Below are positions 9,550 to 17,990 of a stretch of 64,000 nt of DNA, in pieces (positions within the stretch are counted from its first letter, which is position 1; the number at the start of each line of letters is the position of its first letter). The notes beneath the pieces were generated by a model. The model did no database searches, was not told where the DNA came from, and saw only the letters and a program-made list of their open reading frames with translations. The stretch spans positions 124,878 to 188,877 of IMG/VR virus record IMGVR_UViG_3300025030_000039; one strand, given 5' to 3'. Source of the stretch: a virus. The position numbers and the translations under genes were made by a program.

Positions 9550-10165
9550 TCACCTTTAACTTTCTTATTAACTCATACTTTATATATAAACTAGAATCTT
9601 GACTTAACCAATTATCAACTATATAATCTATATTATTTATATTTAATATTTTTAAATTTAAATCTAATAATTCTATAGGTAATATTGATGATTCATTATT
9701 TTTAAAATTAATTGATATATCTAATATATTTAAATTTTTTAATTTTAGCAATATAGTTGGAAAAGTAATAAAATTATTTTTAGATAAATATAAACCTCCT
9801 AAATTTTTTAAATTACCTATTTCCTTCGGCAACTCAGTTAATTGATTATCATGCAAATATAAATCTTTTAATTTTTCTAATTTTCCTATTTCTTTAGGTA
9901 ACTCCTTTAAATTATTATTAAATGCAGTTAATATTTTTAAATTTTTTAAATTACCTATCTCTTTTGGTAATTGTGTTAATTTATTGTTATATAAAAATAA
10001 ACGTTCTAAATTTTTCAATTTACCTATTTCTTTAGGTAAGTCATTTATATTTTTATCATTTAATCCTAAATCTTTTATATTTAAATCTTTTAATATTAAA
10101 TTTAAAATTTTTTCACTTTGCTTTGATTCATTTAAAAAATCCTTATATTTTTTAATATATTTCAT
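9476..10165 (-). CDS. leucine-rich repeat protein with MKYIK-type N-terminus and ADDFGF C-terminus
   Basis: About six 23-aa repeats of the form LPKEIGxLKNLxxLxLxxNxLxx. N-terminus MKYIKKYKDFLNES; C-terminus LLYNADDFGFFGFKK. Confidence 0.8.
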   Translation of the reverse strand: MKYIKKYKDFLNESKQSEKILNLILKDLNIKDLGLNDKNINDLPKEIGKLKNLERLFLYNNKLTQLPKEIGNLKNLKILTAFNNNLKELPKEIGKLEKLKDLYLHDNQLTELPKEIGNLKNLGGLYLSKNNFITFPTILLKLKNLNILDISINFKNNESSILPIELLDLNLKILNINNIDYIVDNWLSQDSSLYIKYELIRKLKVSDWVRKKYDLLYNADDFGFFGFKK

Positions 10166-10173
10166 AGTTAATT

Positions 10174-11997
10174 TTATGTATGTATCATTCCTTCATTTGA
10201 TAAAATTAAATTTTTAACTTTATTTGTTGTCCACTTTGTAAAATGAACAGAATTTTGAGCTGCTTTTTCTTGATTTTCTTGACTTATACCTATATCAGTT
10301 GCTCCATATCTTAATGCAGTTTCTGCATCTCCAGGTGTAAGTATACTACCATCTTGCCCAGAACCTTTACTGCCAGATGCAGTATGACCGCCTTTACCTT
10401 GTATTGCACCATATACTTCAATATCTTTTCCTTCTAAATTTAATATATCTGGAAAACTATCAGCTGATGCATATAATCTACCCATACCGGCGTTAAAAGC
10501 ACTTTCAAAATCTGATTTATCTCTAGGTCTTGCATGACTTAAATTACATTTTAATTGTATAATACTAGGAAAATCATCATATCCTAAAGGACCTTTAAAA
10601 GATATATTAGAATCTTTTAATATTAAATTACCAAACATTGCAATTGGATTCATAGGATTACCAACAGTTAAATGCCAGTTACCAGTAGGTTCACCAGTTA
10701 TTAAAGCTTTAACTGCTTGATATGCTGGTGCAGCACCAATTTGAGAATTTAAAAATCCCCCTAACATATTTCCTAGAAATGTTCCTCCGACTTTTTCTAA
10801 TCCATCTAAAACAGAATCGAATGTAAATGTACCTCCAGCTGTTCCAAATGTATTTTTAAAACCTCCTGATAAATCTGTAACAACACTACCTAAATATCCT
10901 TTAAAATCTCCACTTATTAATTTTTGTATATCTCCGAACTGACTAGCAATATATCCATTTCCTCCATAAAATCTATTAGCACCCCCCCAGAAATTAGCAT
11001 TACTATAAGTAAGCACTAATAAATTAGCAAATATATCTAACATTGCAATTCTAGGATTTAAATCACTATATGCTCTTAATTCATATTCAAAGTTAACTTC
11101 AATATCATGAGTAAAATTTAAACCTATATCTCTGGTCTGCATTTTATTTATAACATTAACTGGACCAATAACAAAATTTTCATATGTTTCCATTAATGGA
11201 TCATGACCAGCCATTCTTTCTCTTCTATATTTTTCCCCTGGACTAATACCTTTCATAGTATCAAATACTGCTCTACTTATATTACCAAGTTTAGAATAAA
11301 ATGGTTGTGCAGTATATCCTTCATTTTGTGATTGATACGTATTTGTTTCGCCAGTTTGTTCTTTCCAATTATATCCATACCCAAATGATAATATATCTGT
11401 TAAATCATTACCTGTGATATCACTCATCCATGTTAAAGCTCTAGCTAAGTCAGGAACAGTTACATTTTGTATATCTCCTAGTTGATTTTCATTTTTAGAA
11501 GTTGTTCTTCTAACGTCATAAATATTATCTTCACATGGCATAGCAAATCTTCTTAATGTTAGCATATAGTTATTTGCTATTTTATCATTATATTTAGCCC
11601 ATAAAAAATCAGACCAAGCATATTCTATACCTCCATATCTTTCATTAAAAAATTCTATTATATTTTGTGGAGTAGGATCTCTAGAAAAAGCAGGAGCTGT
11701 TAATGGATTATAACTATTATTAACATCATCTCTATAATATTTATATACTTCACCTTTCGGCATTCCATGTAAACCAAACCATGTAAATAAAGAATATCTA
11801 TTAGCTAAAGATAATGGAGCAGTATCAGATAAACTGGTAGCTCTTAATGTTTTTTGAGCTACTGTATATGCATAATTTAAATAAGCTACTTTATCAGTAG
11901 GATCAATTGTCATTAATTTTCTAACTTGTTCATAATCTGCTTGATTGAAATCTTGCTGAACAGGGACATTTAATCCAGTTGTAGTTTTATCTCCCAT
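10174..11997 (-). CDS. large structural-module protein (607 aa, Gly-rich C-terminal half), function unknown
   Basis: Co-directional and tightly spaced within the tail-like module. Confidence 0.3.
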   Translation of the reverse strand: MGDKTTTGLNVPVQQDFNQADYEQVRKLMTIDPTDKVAYLNYAYTVAQKTLRATSLSDTAPLSLANRYSLFTWFGLHGMPKGEVYKYYRDDVNNSYNPLTAPAFSRDPTPQNIIEFFNERYGGIEYAWSDFLWAKYNDKIANNYMLTLRRFAMPCEDNIYDVRRTTSKNENQLGDIQNVTVPDLARALTWMSDITGNDLTDILSFGYGYNWKEQTGETNTYQSQNEGYTAQPFYSKLGNISRAVFDTMKGISPGEKYRRERMAGHDPLMETYENFVIGPVNVINKMQTRDIGLNFTHDIEVNFEYELRAYSDLNPRIAMLDIFANLLVLTYSNANFWGGANRFYGGNGYIASQFGDIQKLISGDFKGYLGSVVTDLSGGFKNTFGTAGGTFTFDSVLDGLEKVGGTFLGNMLGGFLNSQIGAAPAYQAVKALITGEPTGNWHLTVGNPMNPIAMFGNLILKDSNISFKGPLGYDDFPSIIQLKCNLSHARPRDKSDFESAFNAGMGRLYASADSFPDILNLEGKDIEVYGAIQGKGGHTASGSKGSGQDGSILTPGDAETALRYGATDIGISQENQEKAAQNSVHFTKWTTNKVKNLILSNEGMIHT

Positions 11998-12019
11998 AAA
12001 TTATATTACTTTTATTTAT

Positions 12020-13225
12020 ATAGTTATTTTTTAATTAGAGGGACCATATACTCCTCTATGTAAAATATTCACTGCTGCATTATAATCTGCATCAATCTCT
12101 ATTTTACAACTTGAACATAAATAAACTTCACCTTTACGACTCTCTTTATCTATATTCCCGCATTCTGAACAAGTCTGGCTAGTATACGCTGGATTCACCT
12201 GCTTAATAAAGAAACCTTCTTCCTCGGCCAATAAATTTAATCTAGCATACACCTTTGGATAACTCCATCGCTGTATCTTGCTCATTATTTTGTTATTTAT
12301 ATATTTGTTTGATTTATGCTTAACATTTTTTAATTCCTCAATAATCAACTGATCAGGACTTTCATTTTTTATAAACTCTTTAACAGTTACATTAATTAAT
12401 TCATCTCTTTCAATCAATGCTCTTTTAAATGATTTACTACCTTGCTCTTTTCTAGCTATCTTAGCATAAATTTCAAATAAATTTCTTCCATAATACTCTC
12501 CTGAACTAGAAGATATTAATTTTTTATATCCTGCATCTATTCCTACCGATTTAATTATTTCTTTCTTTTTAGGTTCTTTCTTTTCCCATATTAAATCTAT
12601 AAAAAATTTATTATCTTTTTTTCTTAATATTATTGTATTCTTTCTTTTCCAGTTTTCGTTTATAAACCTATTACTATACATATGATATTTAATTGGAATA
12701 TTAATTTTAACTGATCTATATTTATTATCTTGAAAATATGGAGTATATAATTTTATAAATTCATCAAATTTATATCCTTTTTCAATATTAAATAATCTAT
12801 TATCAATATGCAATGAAATATTTTTAATCTGAATTTTTGGAATTCTTTTTATATAATTAATATTTAATTCATTAAATCTTTTAGATGTAAAATTTTGATG
12901 AATATTGTTTTTTATGCATTTAGAATAAAGATATTTATATTTTTTATAAACTTTATTTTTAGATTTTTCTGTAGTACTTTTAATTATTTCAATTGCCTGT
13001 TTATATACTATTTGTTTCCATACAGAATGATTAAAAATATAATTTGGAAGTTCTTTAGATGACAGAAATTTTTCAAAAGATAAAGTTTTGTTTAAAATTA
13101 GATCGATATAATATTGAAGCATTAGTTTATAATCATTATAGAATTGATCTATAATATTTAATTTTTCTTTATTTGAAAAACTTAAAACATGCTTACTTGT
13201 TCTTATCATATAATATATATTTGAA
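12020..13225 (-). mobile_element. IS1341-type insertion sequence, copy B, intergenic
   Basis: Ends inferred from where similarity to copy A stops. Confidence 0.5.
12031..13209 (-). CDS. tnpB: TnpB (IS200/IS605-family OrfB), copy B
   Basis: The first 40 aa are identical to copy A. Zn finger CSECGNIDKESRKGEVYLCSSC and all three RuvC motifs are present. Confidence 0.85.
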   Translation of the reverse strand: MIRTSKHVLSFSNKEKLNIIDQFYNDYKLMLQYYIDLILNKTLSFEKFLSSKELPNYIFNHSVWKQIVYKQAIEIIKSTTEKSKNKVYKKYKYLYSKCIKNNIHQNFTSKRFNELNINYIKRIPKIQIKNISLHIDNRLFNIEKGYKFDEFIKLYTPYFQDNKYRSVKINIPIKYHMYSNRFINENWKRKNTIILRKKDNKFFIDLIWEKKEPKKKEIIKSVGIDAGYKKLISSSSGEYYGRNLFEIYAKIARKEQGSKSFKRALIERDELINVTVKEFIKNESPDQLIIEELKNVKHKSNKYINNKIMSKIQRWSYPKVYARLNLLAEEEGFFIKQVNPAYTSQTCSECGNIDKESRKGEVYLCSSCKIEIDADYNAAVNILHRGVYGPSN

Positions 13226-13259
13226 ATTAAAAGGTTTATAATTTATCCCTTTAAACATA

Positions 13260-13841
13260 TCAGAAGGTTTTTATAAATTGATTATAATCTTCTTTATATA
13301 AATCAAATTTATCTCCAATATATTTATGAAATCTTTTCTTAAATTCTAATTCAGAATCTAATCTAAATAAACCTTTATAGAATCCTCGTGTAGATAATTC
13401 TTGAAGCTCAGCTATTTTTCTTACTATTAAAAAGTATTGTATATTATTAAATAATATTTGAAGATCAGCCTTTGTTTTTGTAGCCATAATAGAATCAATA
13501 ATTAGATAAAATCTTGATTCATCTTCTTGATTTAATCTTTTTTCTAGATCATTTACATTTTTAATAATTTCTGATTTTAGGCTTATTTTTCTAGCAAGAC
13601 CATCATAAGTGTTACAAAAATTCATGTCAAAAAAATATTTTTTTAAAAAATTTATTTGATCATAAAATTTTAATATCTTAATTTTATATAAGGGATTAAT
13701 AGGATCCCATTTAGTTTCTTTAATAAGACACTTTATAGGTATCAATATATTAGGATGATTAAACGAGGAAAGGAGAGCATGACACTGTTCTCCCTTTGAA
13801 AAAATTCTATGCTTAGTAGAACCATATTTTTTATTTGTCAT
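13260..13841 (-). CDS. hypothetical protein (193 aa)
   Basis: ORF in a tight co-directional array (13841/13845 spacing). Confidence 0.4.
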   Translation of the reverse strand: MTNKKYGSTKHRIFSKGEQCHALLSSFNHPNILIPIKCLIKETKWDPINPLYKIKILKFYDQINFLKKYFFDMNFCNTYDGLARKISLKSEIIKNVNDLEKRLNQEDESRFYLIIDSIMATKTKADLQILFNNIQYFLIVRKIAELQELSTRGFYKGLFRLDSELEFKKRFHKYIGDKFDLYKEDYNQFIKTF

Positions 13842-13844
13842 ATC

Positions 13845-14222
13845 TTATATTAATTCAAAAACTTCATCAAATATAGAATGTACTTCATTATAACATTCTT
13901 TTTCTTTTATAATAGCATTAAATTTAAAATTATTCAACGATAATTTTTTAACGTATTTTTTAATATTATTTATTATAACAGGATCTAAACAACTAAGTAC
14001 ATAATAAATATTTACATTTTCTTTATCAACTATAGATTTTTCTAAATATTTTATTATATAGGAACCTATAATTACATCAGATGGTTCTTTAGAATATATA
14101 TCATTCTTTGTAAGCTTATTAGCTATATCCATATAATTTATAACATCATCATTATCAATATCCTTTAGATATTTTTTAACAACTAATGCTTCTTTTGCAA
14201 AAATACAATAAAAATTTACCAT
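13845..14222 (-). CDS. hypothetical protein (125 aa)
   Basis: ORF in array. Confidence 0.4.
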   Translation of the reverse strand: MVNFYCIFAKEALVVKKYLKDIDNDDVINYMDIANKLTKNDIYSKEPSDVIIGSYIIKYLEKSIVDKENVNIYYVLSCLDPVIINNIKKYVKKLSLNNFKFNAIIKEKECYNEVHSIFDEVFELI

Positions 14223-14225
14223 GAT

Positions 14226-14561
14226 TTATTTAATGTCGTCTAATAATTCTTCTAATATAATTAATTCATCTTTTAGGGAATTTATTTTATTTTCGATATC
14301 ATCTTTAGTCGGTTTAAAACTTATTCCCCAATCAGTTGAAATTTGTAAATTAATTTTAGAAAATTTATTACCAGTATATACTCCTAAATCTTTTAGAACA
14401 TCTTTAACAAAATTAATAGTATTTTTAAATTCGTTAATTTCATCATCTTCTAAAATATATGCTGTTTTTAATTCATATTTATCACCAGCGCCATTTGCAT
14501 TATTATCTAAAATTTTTTTAACAATACCGTTTGATACACATTCTAATTCAATACTTACCAT
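14226..14561 (-). CDS. hypothetical acidic protein (111 aa)
   Basis: Preferred over the antisense ORF 14221-14604 because it fits the array spacing (14222/14226 and 14561/14564) and has a protein-like composition. Confidence 0.45.
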   Translation of the reverse strand: MVSIELECVSNGIVKKILDNNANGAGDKYELKTAYILEDDEINEFKNTINFVKDVLKDLGVYTGNKFSKINLQISTDWGISFKPTKDDIENKINSLKDELIILEELLDDIK

Positions 14562-14563
14562 AA

Positions 14564-14956
14564 TTAAAGAACTTTATCATACCAATTTTCAATTAAATCA
14601 TTGATATATTTATCATCTTTACCTATTTTCTTAAATGTATCTCTTATATTTTTTTCTTTCCAATGAAAGAAATTTTCAGTATTTGTTCTCCATATTCTTT
14701 CATTATTAGTATGTAATTCTTTACCTTTTTCAATATTATCAGCAACTACATCTAGCCACGCAGGTAAAGATCTATTCATTAATGATCTTTTTTGTTTATG
14801 ATATTTGTGTCTATTTAAATGAGATCTTCTTTCTCTTCTATTAAATATTTTATCATTTGATCTATTAGAAAATTCATTATTGGTTATTGTTGTTGCTTCA
14901 TTATTTATTTCTTTATTCTCTGCTGCTTCTGCCGAATTTTTTAAAATGTCTTCCAT
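14564..14956 (-). CDS. hypothetical basic protein (130 aa), possibly nucleic-acid binding
   Basis: Arg/Lys/His-rich segment RRERRSHLNRHKYHKQKRS. Confidence 0.35.
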   Translation of the reverse strand: MEDILKNSAEAAENKEINNEATTITNNEFSNRSNDKIFNRRERRSHLNRHKYHKQKRSLMNRSLPAWLDVVADNIEKGKELHTNNERIWRTNTENFFHWKEKNIRDTFKKIGKDDKYINDLIENWYDKVL

Positions 14957-14978
14957 GTTATTTAAATTTAAATTGTAA

Positions 14979-15533
14979 TTATTCTGCGTAATATTTTTTA
15001 ATAGAATCTTTAATTGATTCTTCTAAATTCTTCTTGTCTATCGATTCTTCTAATACCATAGATATTAGTTCATCTTCTAATTCATCGGGAAATGAATCCT
15101 TTAATATATTAAATATTTCTTTTTTAGGTAATTCAACTATTATTCCAACTGATATAGCTTCTTTGGAATTAATTGATTGTTTTTCTAATAATATTCTAAT
15201 AGGAGATTTTTGTTTTTTTATAGTTTTATTTGAATTATTCTCATTAATTTGAGAATTTTGCTTAGTACTAATATCATCTTTGATATTTAAAATATCAGAA
15301 TCATCATAAATTCTGTATAAAAATTCGTTTAATAAATCTTTATTAACTCTATTTCCACTTTTAAAATAAATCCAATGTACTCCATTGATATCTTCTGTAT
15401 GATCTACTATCTCAACATTTCCTGCTTTTTCACCTTTAATCCATTGATATTGTTCGATAGGACTATTAGTAGAATCAGTAGTAGTTTTTTCTTCTATAAT
15501 TACTTCTTTTTCTTCTACTTTTTTATTTTTCAT
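14979..15533 (-). CDS. hypothetical protein (184 aa)
   Basis: ORF in array. Confidence 0.4.
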   Translation of the reverse strand: MKNKKVEEKEVIIEEKTTTDSTNSPIEQYQWIKGEKAGNVEIVDHTEDINGVHWIYFKSGNRVNKDLLNEFLYRIYDDSDILNIKDDISTKQNSQINENNSNKTIKKQKSPIRILLEKQSINSKEAISVGIIVELPKKEIFNILKDSFPDELEDELISMVLEESIDKKNLEESIKDSIKKYYAE

Positions 15534-15603
15534 TTTTGTATTGTTTAAAAATTGTATACAAACTTAAACATTGTTTTATGTTATATGTAAATAAAAAAAA
15601 ATG

Positions 15604-16299
15604 TTACGATTCTTTCTCAAAAATTTTATCAAGAGCTCCATTAAACGATTTAAAAGTCTTTTCAACAGATAACAAAGTTGCATCAAGTGCTGATTGATGT
15701 GTATTTAATATAGCCCATAATTTTTCAACATTATTATCATAAATAGAACTATTACAAATAGATTGAATTAAACTTTGTGAATATGTAATTGTTTGAATAT
15801 GCCATTGATTAAATCCTTTTTCTCCATCTATTACATATTCATAAATATCTTTAGAAAATTCTTCTTTAAAAGATTTATTATATAATCTTATCATAGTAGA
15901 AAGATTATTCATAACATAGGATTCAAATTCTTGCATTGACATTTTTTCTAAATCTTCTTTAGAAACTAAATCAATTGTTTTTTCTTTAATAATATCAAAT
16001 TTTATTGCAAGCATTTTTCTAAATAATGCATTTCTTCTAACGTCACCGAATTGTAAACTATATATTTTGGTTGTATTCCAATATTCAAATCTTGAAAATA
16101 TTTGATGATTTTTTAATTGTTCTTTTTTATTTAAAGAATTTTTATTTTTCTTTTCCAATAAGTGTTTAATTAGAGGCCAACCATATTTAACAGCTATAGA
16201 TAATAAAATTAATACTAGTGCACCTTCTATAAAATATCTTGCCCATACATCAAATTGTGACCATAATTCTTTAATTATCTCAAATAGGGTCTTCTCCAT
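15604..16299 (-). CDS. hypothetical membrane-anchored protein (231 aa, N-terminal transmembrane helix)
   Basis: Hydrophobic segment ALVLILLSIAVKYGWPLI near the N-terminus. Confidence 0.4.
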   Translation of the reverse strand: MEKTLFEIIKELWSQFDVWARYFIEGALVLILLSIAVKYGWPLIKHLLEKKNKNSLNKKEQLKNHQIFSRFEYWNTTKIYSLQFGDVRRNALFRKMLAIKFDIIKEKTIDLVSKEDLEKMSMQEFESYVMNNLSTMIRLYNKSFKEEFSKDIYEYVIDGEKGFNQWHIQTITYSQSLIQSICNSSIYDNNVEKLWAILNTHQSALDATLLSVEKTFKSFNGALDKIFEKES

Positions 16300-16378
16300 A
16301 TTAATACTTTTTTATATTTTATTATATATTTGTATCGTTTATAAAACAGAGGTATCTAATAACTTTTTTATAAAAAAT

Positions 16379-16420
16379 AAAGCACAAACATTATTAAAAG
16401 TTGTGCTTTGTTTTAAATTT
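16379..16420 (-). terminator. hairpin plus T-tract, candidate intrinsic terminator (folds on both strands)
   Basis: AAAGCACAA-13 nt loop-TTGTGCTTT, followed by T-runs on both strands; lies 3' of the gene 16438-16767. Confidence 0.5.
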
Positions 16421-16437
16421 ATTTATATTTAAATGAA

Positions 16438-16767
16438 TTAAGCTTCTATAATTAGATTAGCTTCTAACCAAGTTGGTTGTAGTTCTAATAATTTAGCTAC
16501 TAATGAATCGGAAATCTTTTGAAAAAGATCACCTTGATTAAAATCAGCAGTAAAATTAATATTCATTCCGCTAGGAATTTCATCAATTGTAATAGTCCAT
16601 CCTTCATTTAAATCATGTTTAGCTTTACTTTCATAAATATTTACAGCATAAAATGCTTGTAAATTAGAAATTTGATCTACTGCTACTCTTGTTATTTTTA
16701 AATAACAACTAGCTAAAGTTGAACCTTGAAAGGTAACTGATTCATTAATTTGTACGTTTTTATACAT
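16438..16767 (-). CDS. hypothetical protein (109 aa) preceding the fibre cassette
   Basis: ORF. Confidence 0.4.
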   Translation of the reverse strand: MYKNVQINESVTFQGSTLASCYLKITRVAVDQISNLQAFYAVNIYESKAKHDLNEGWTITIDEIPSGMNINFTADFNQGDLFQKISDSLVAKLLELQPTWLEANLIIEA

Positions 16768-16824
16768 AATATTCTTTTTATTTTATTTATTTATTTTTCT
16801 ATGAGAAATTATGAAATAGTTTCA

Positions 16825-17979
16825 TTAAATTCCTCCTGCATCATTTATTGTCCAATTTTTAGTTCCTATTAAATATGTTCTTGATGCTTCAGCATCACCT
16901 CCTAATGTATATGTTTTTCCATTAGCTCCTAATGTAACATTTGATTGAACTAATTTAGTAGGAGATCCTCCACTCCATCCTGTCCATCCTATTAATAATG
17001 CATCATAATTTGTAGTATTTATTCCAGAACTTACAAACATATTTATCATAGTAGTAACTAAAGATATATCCCAATTTCCTATATTTTGGTTGAATGCAAC
17101 ACAATTTTCAAACATATAATCCATATTAATAACAGATGATGTATCCCATGCTCCAATAGGTTGATTAAACGAAGTATTATTTTTAAACATATAATCCATA
17201 TTAATAACAGATGAAGTATCCCATATACTTATATTCTGATTAAAAGAAGTATTATAAAACATACTACGCATATCATTAACATTTAAAGTATTCCATATAC
17301 TTATGTTCTGATTAAATAATGTAGCTCCATAAAACATATTTTGCATACTAATAACACTTGAAGTATCCCATAAACTTATATCTTGATTAAAAGAAGAAGC
17401 ATTATAAAATAATTGTGACATAGTAGTAACATTTGAAGTATCCCATAAACTTATATCTTGATTAAAAGAAGAAGCTTCTCTAAACATTGCACTTATATTT
17501 GTAATATTTGAAATATTCCATAAACTTATATCTCCATTAAAAGAAGAAGCTCCCAAAAACATATTTGCTAAAATAGTAACACTTTCTAAATTTGGATTAT
17601 CTGTAAAATTACCTGTTAAATTACTACAACCATTAAAAGCAGATAAAAATGTTTTCCATTTAATGCTACCCCATTGTTCAATAGTTAATATTTTTAATCT
17701 ATCGCCAGTATTATTAAAATATATAGATTCACATATTCCAGTTATTTTAATAGTATATGTTCCTATACTAGAATATGTGTGAGTAGTTTCTGCTTGATTA
17801 TAAGCAGTAATTTTATTTCTAATACCATCACCCCAATCAACAATACATGAATAAATATATCCAGATATAAATGGTAATTTAAATTGATTATTTGATGAAG
17901 AACCCGTACTTAAATTATCAGTTTTAACTGTTATAATAAAAGGACTTCCTTTTTTTATTAATTTATAATAATAACTCAT
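16825..17979 (-). CDS. DUF285 / BspA-like repeat protein
   Basis: At least eight ~26-aa repeats of the form SFNQDISLWDTSNVTTMSQLFYNAS. Confidence 0.7.
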   Translation of the reverse strand: MSYYYKLIKKGSPFIITVKTDNLSTGSSSNNQFKLPFISGYIYSCIVDWGDGIRNKITAYNQAETTHTYSSIGTYTIKITGICESIYFNNTGDRLKILTIEQWGSIKWKTFLSAFNGCSNLTGNFTDNPNLESVTILANMFLGASSFNGDISLWNISNITNISAMFREASSFNQDISLWDTSNVTTMSQLFYNASSFNQDISLWDTSSVISMQNMFYGATLFNQNISIWNTLNVNDMRSMFYNTSFNQNISIWDTSSVINMDYMFKNNTSFNQPIGAWDTSSVINMDYMFENCVAFNQNIGNWDISLVTTMINMFVSSGINTTNYDALLIGWTGWSGGSPTKLVQSNVTLGANGKTYTLGGDAEASRTYLIGTKNWTINDAGGI

Positions 17980-17990
17980 TTAATTAAATT

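Noticed and set aside
9600-10100. Tandem DNA repeats that might be mistaken for a CRISPR or satellite array
   Set aside because: They are the coding repeats of the LRR protein (69-nt units encoding LPKEIGxLKNLxxL...). There are no spacer-like unique segments and no cas genes. No CRISPR array is present anywhere in the window.
14221-14604. Plus-strand ORF (127 aa) antisense to the gene at 14226-14561
   Set aside because: Ser/Leu/Ile-rich composition typical of an antisense frame in AT-rich DNA. The minus-strand ORF fits the operon spacing and looks protein-like. The same reasoning rejects the track ORFs 1549-1731(+), 5955-6155(-), 9984-10217(+), 15034-15252(+), 30208-30411(+), 31985-32254(+), 32910-33104(-), 33005-33397(+), 41045-41362(+), 43312-43548(-), 43524-43727(+), 43589-43774(+), 44263-44583(-), 52186-52383(+), 55958-56194(+), 56167-56370(+), 57879-58124(+) and 59442-59675(-).
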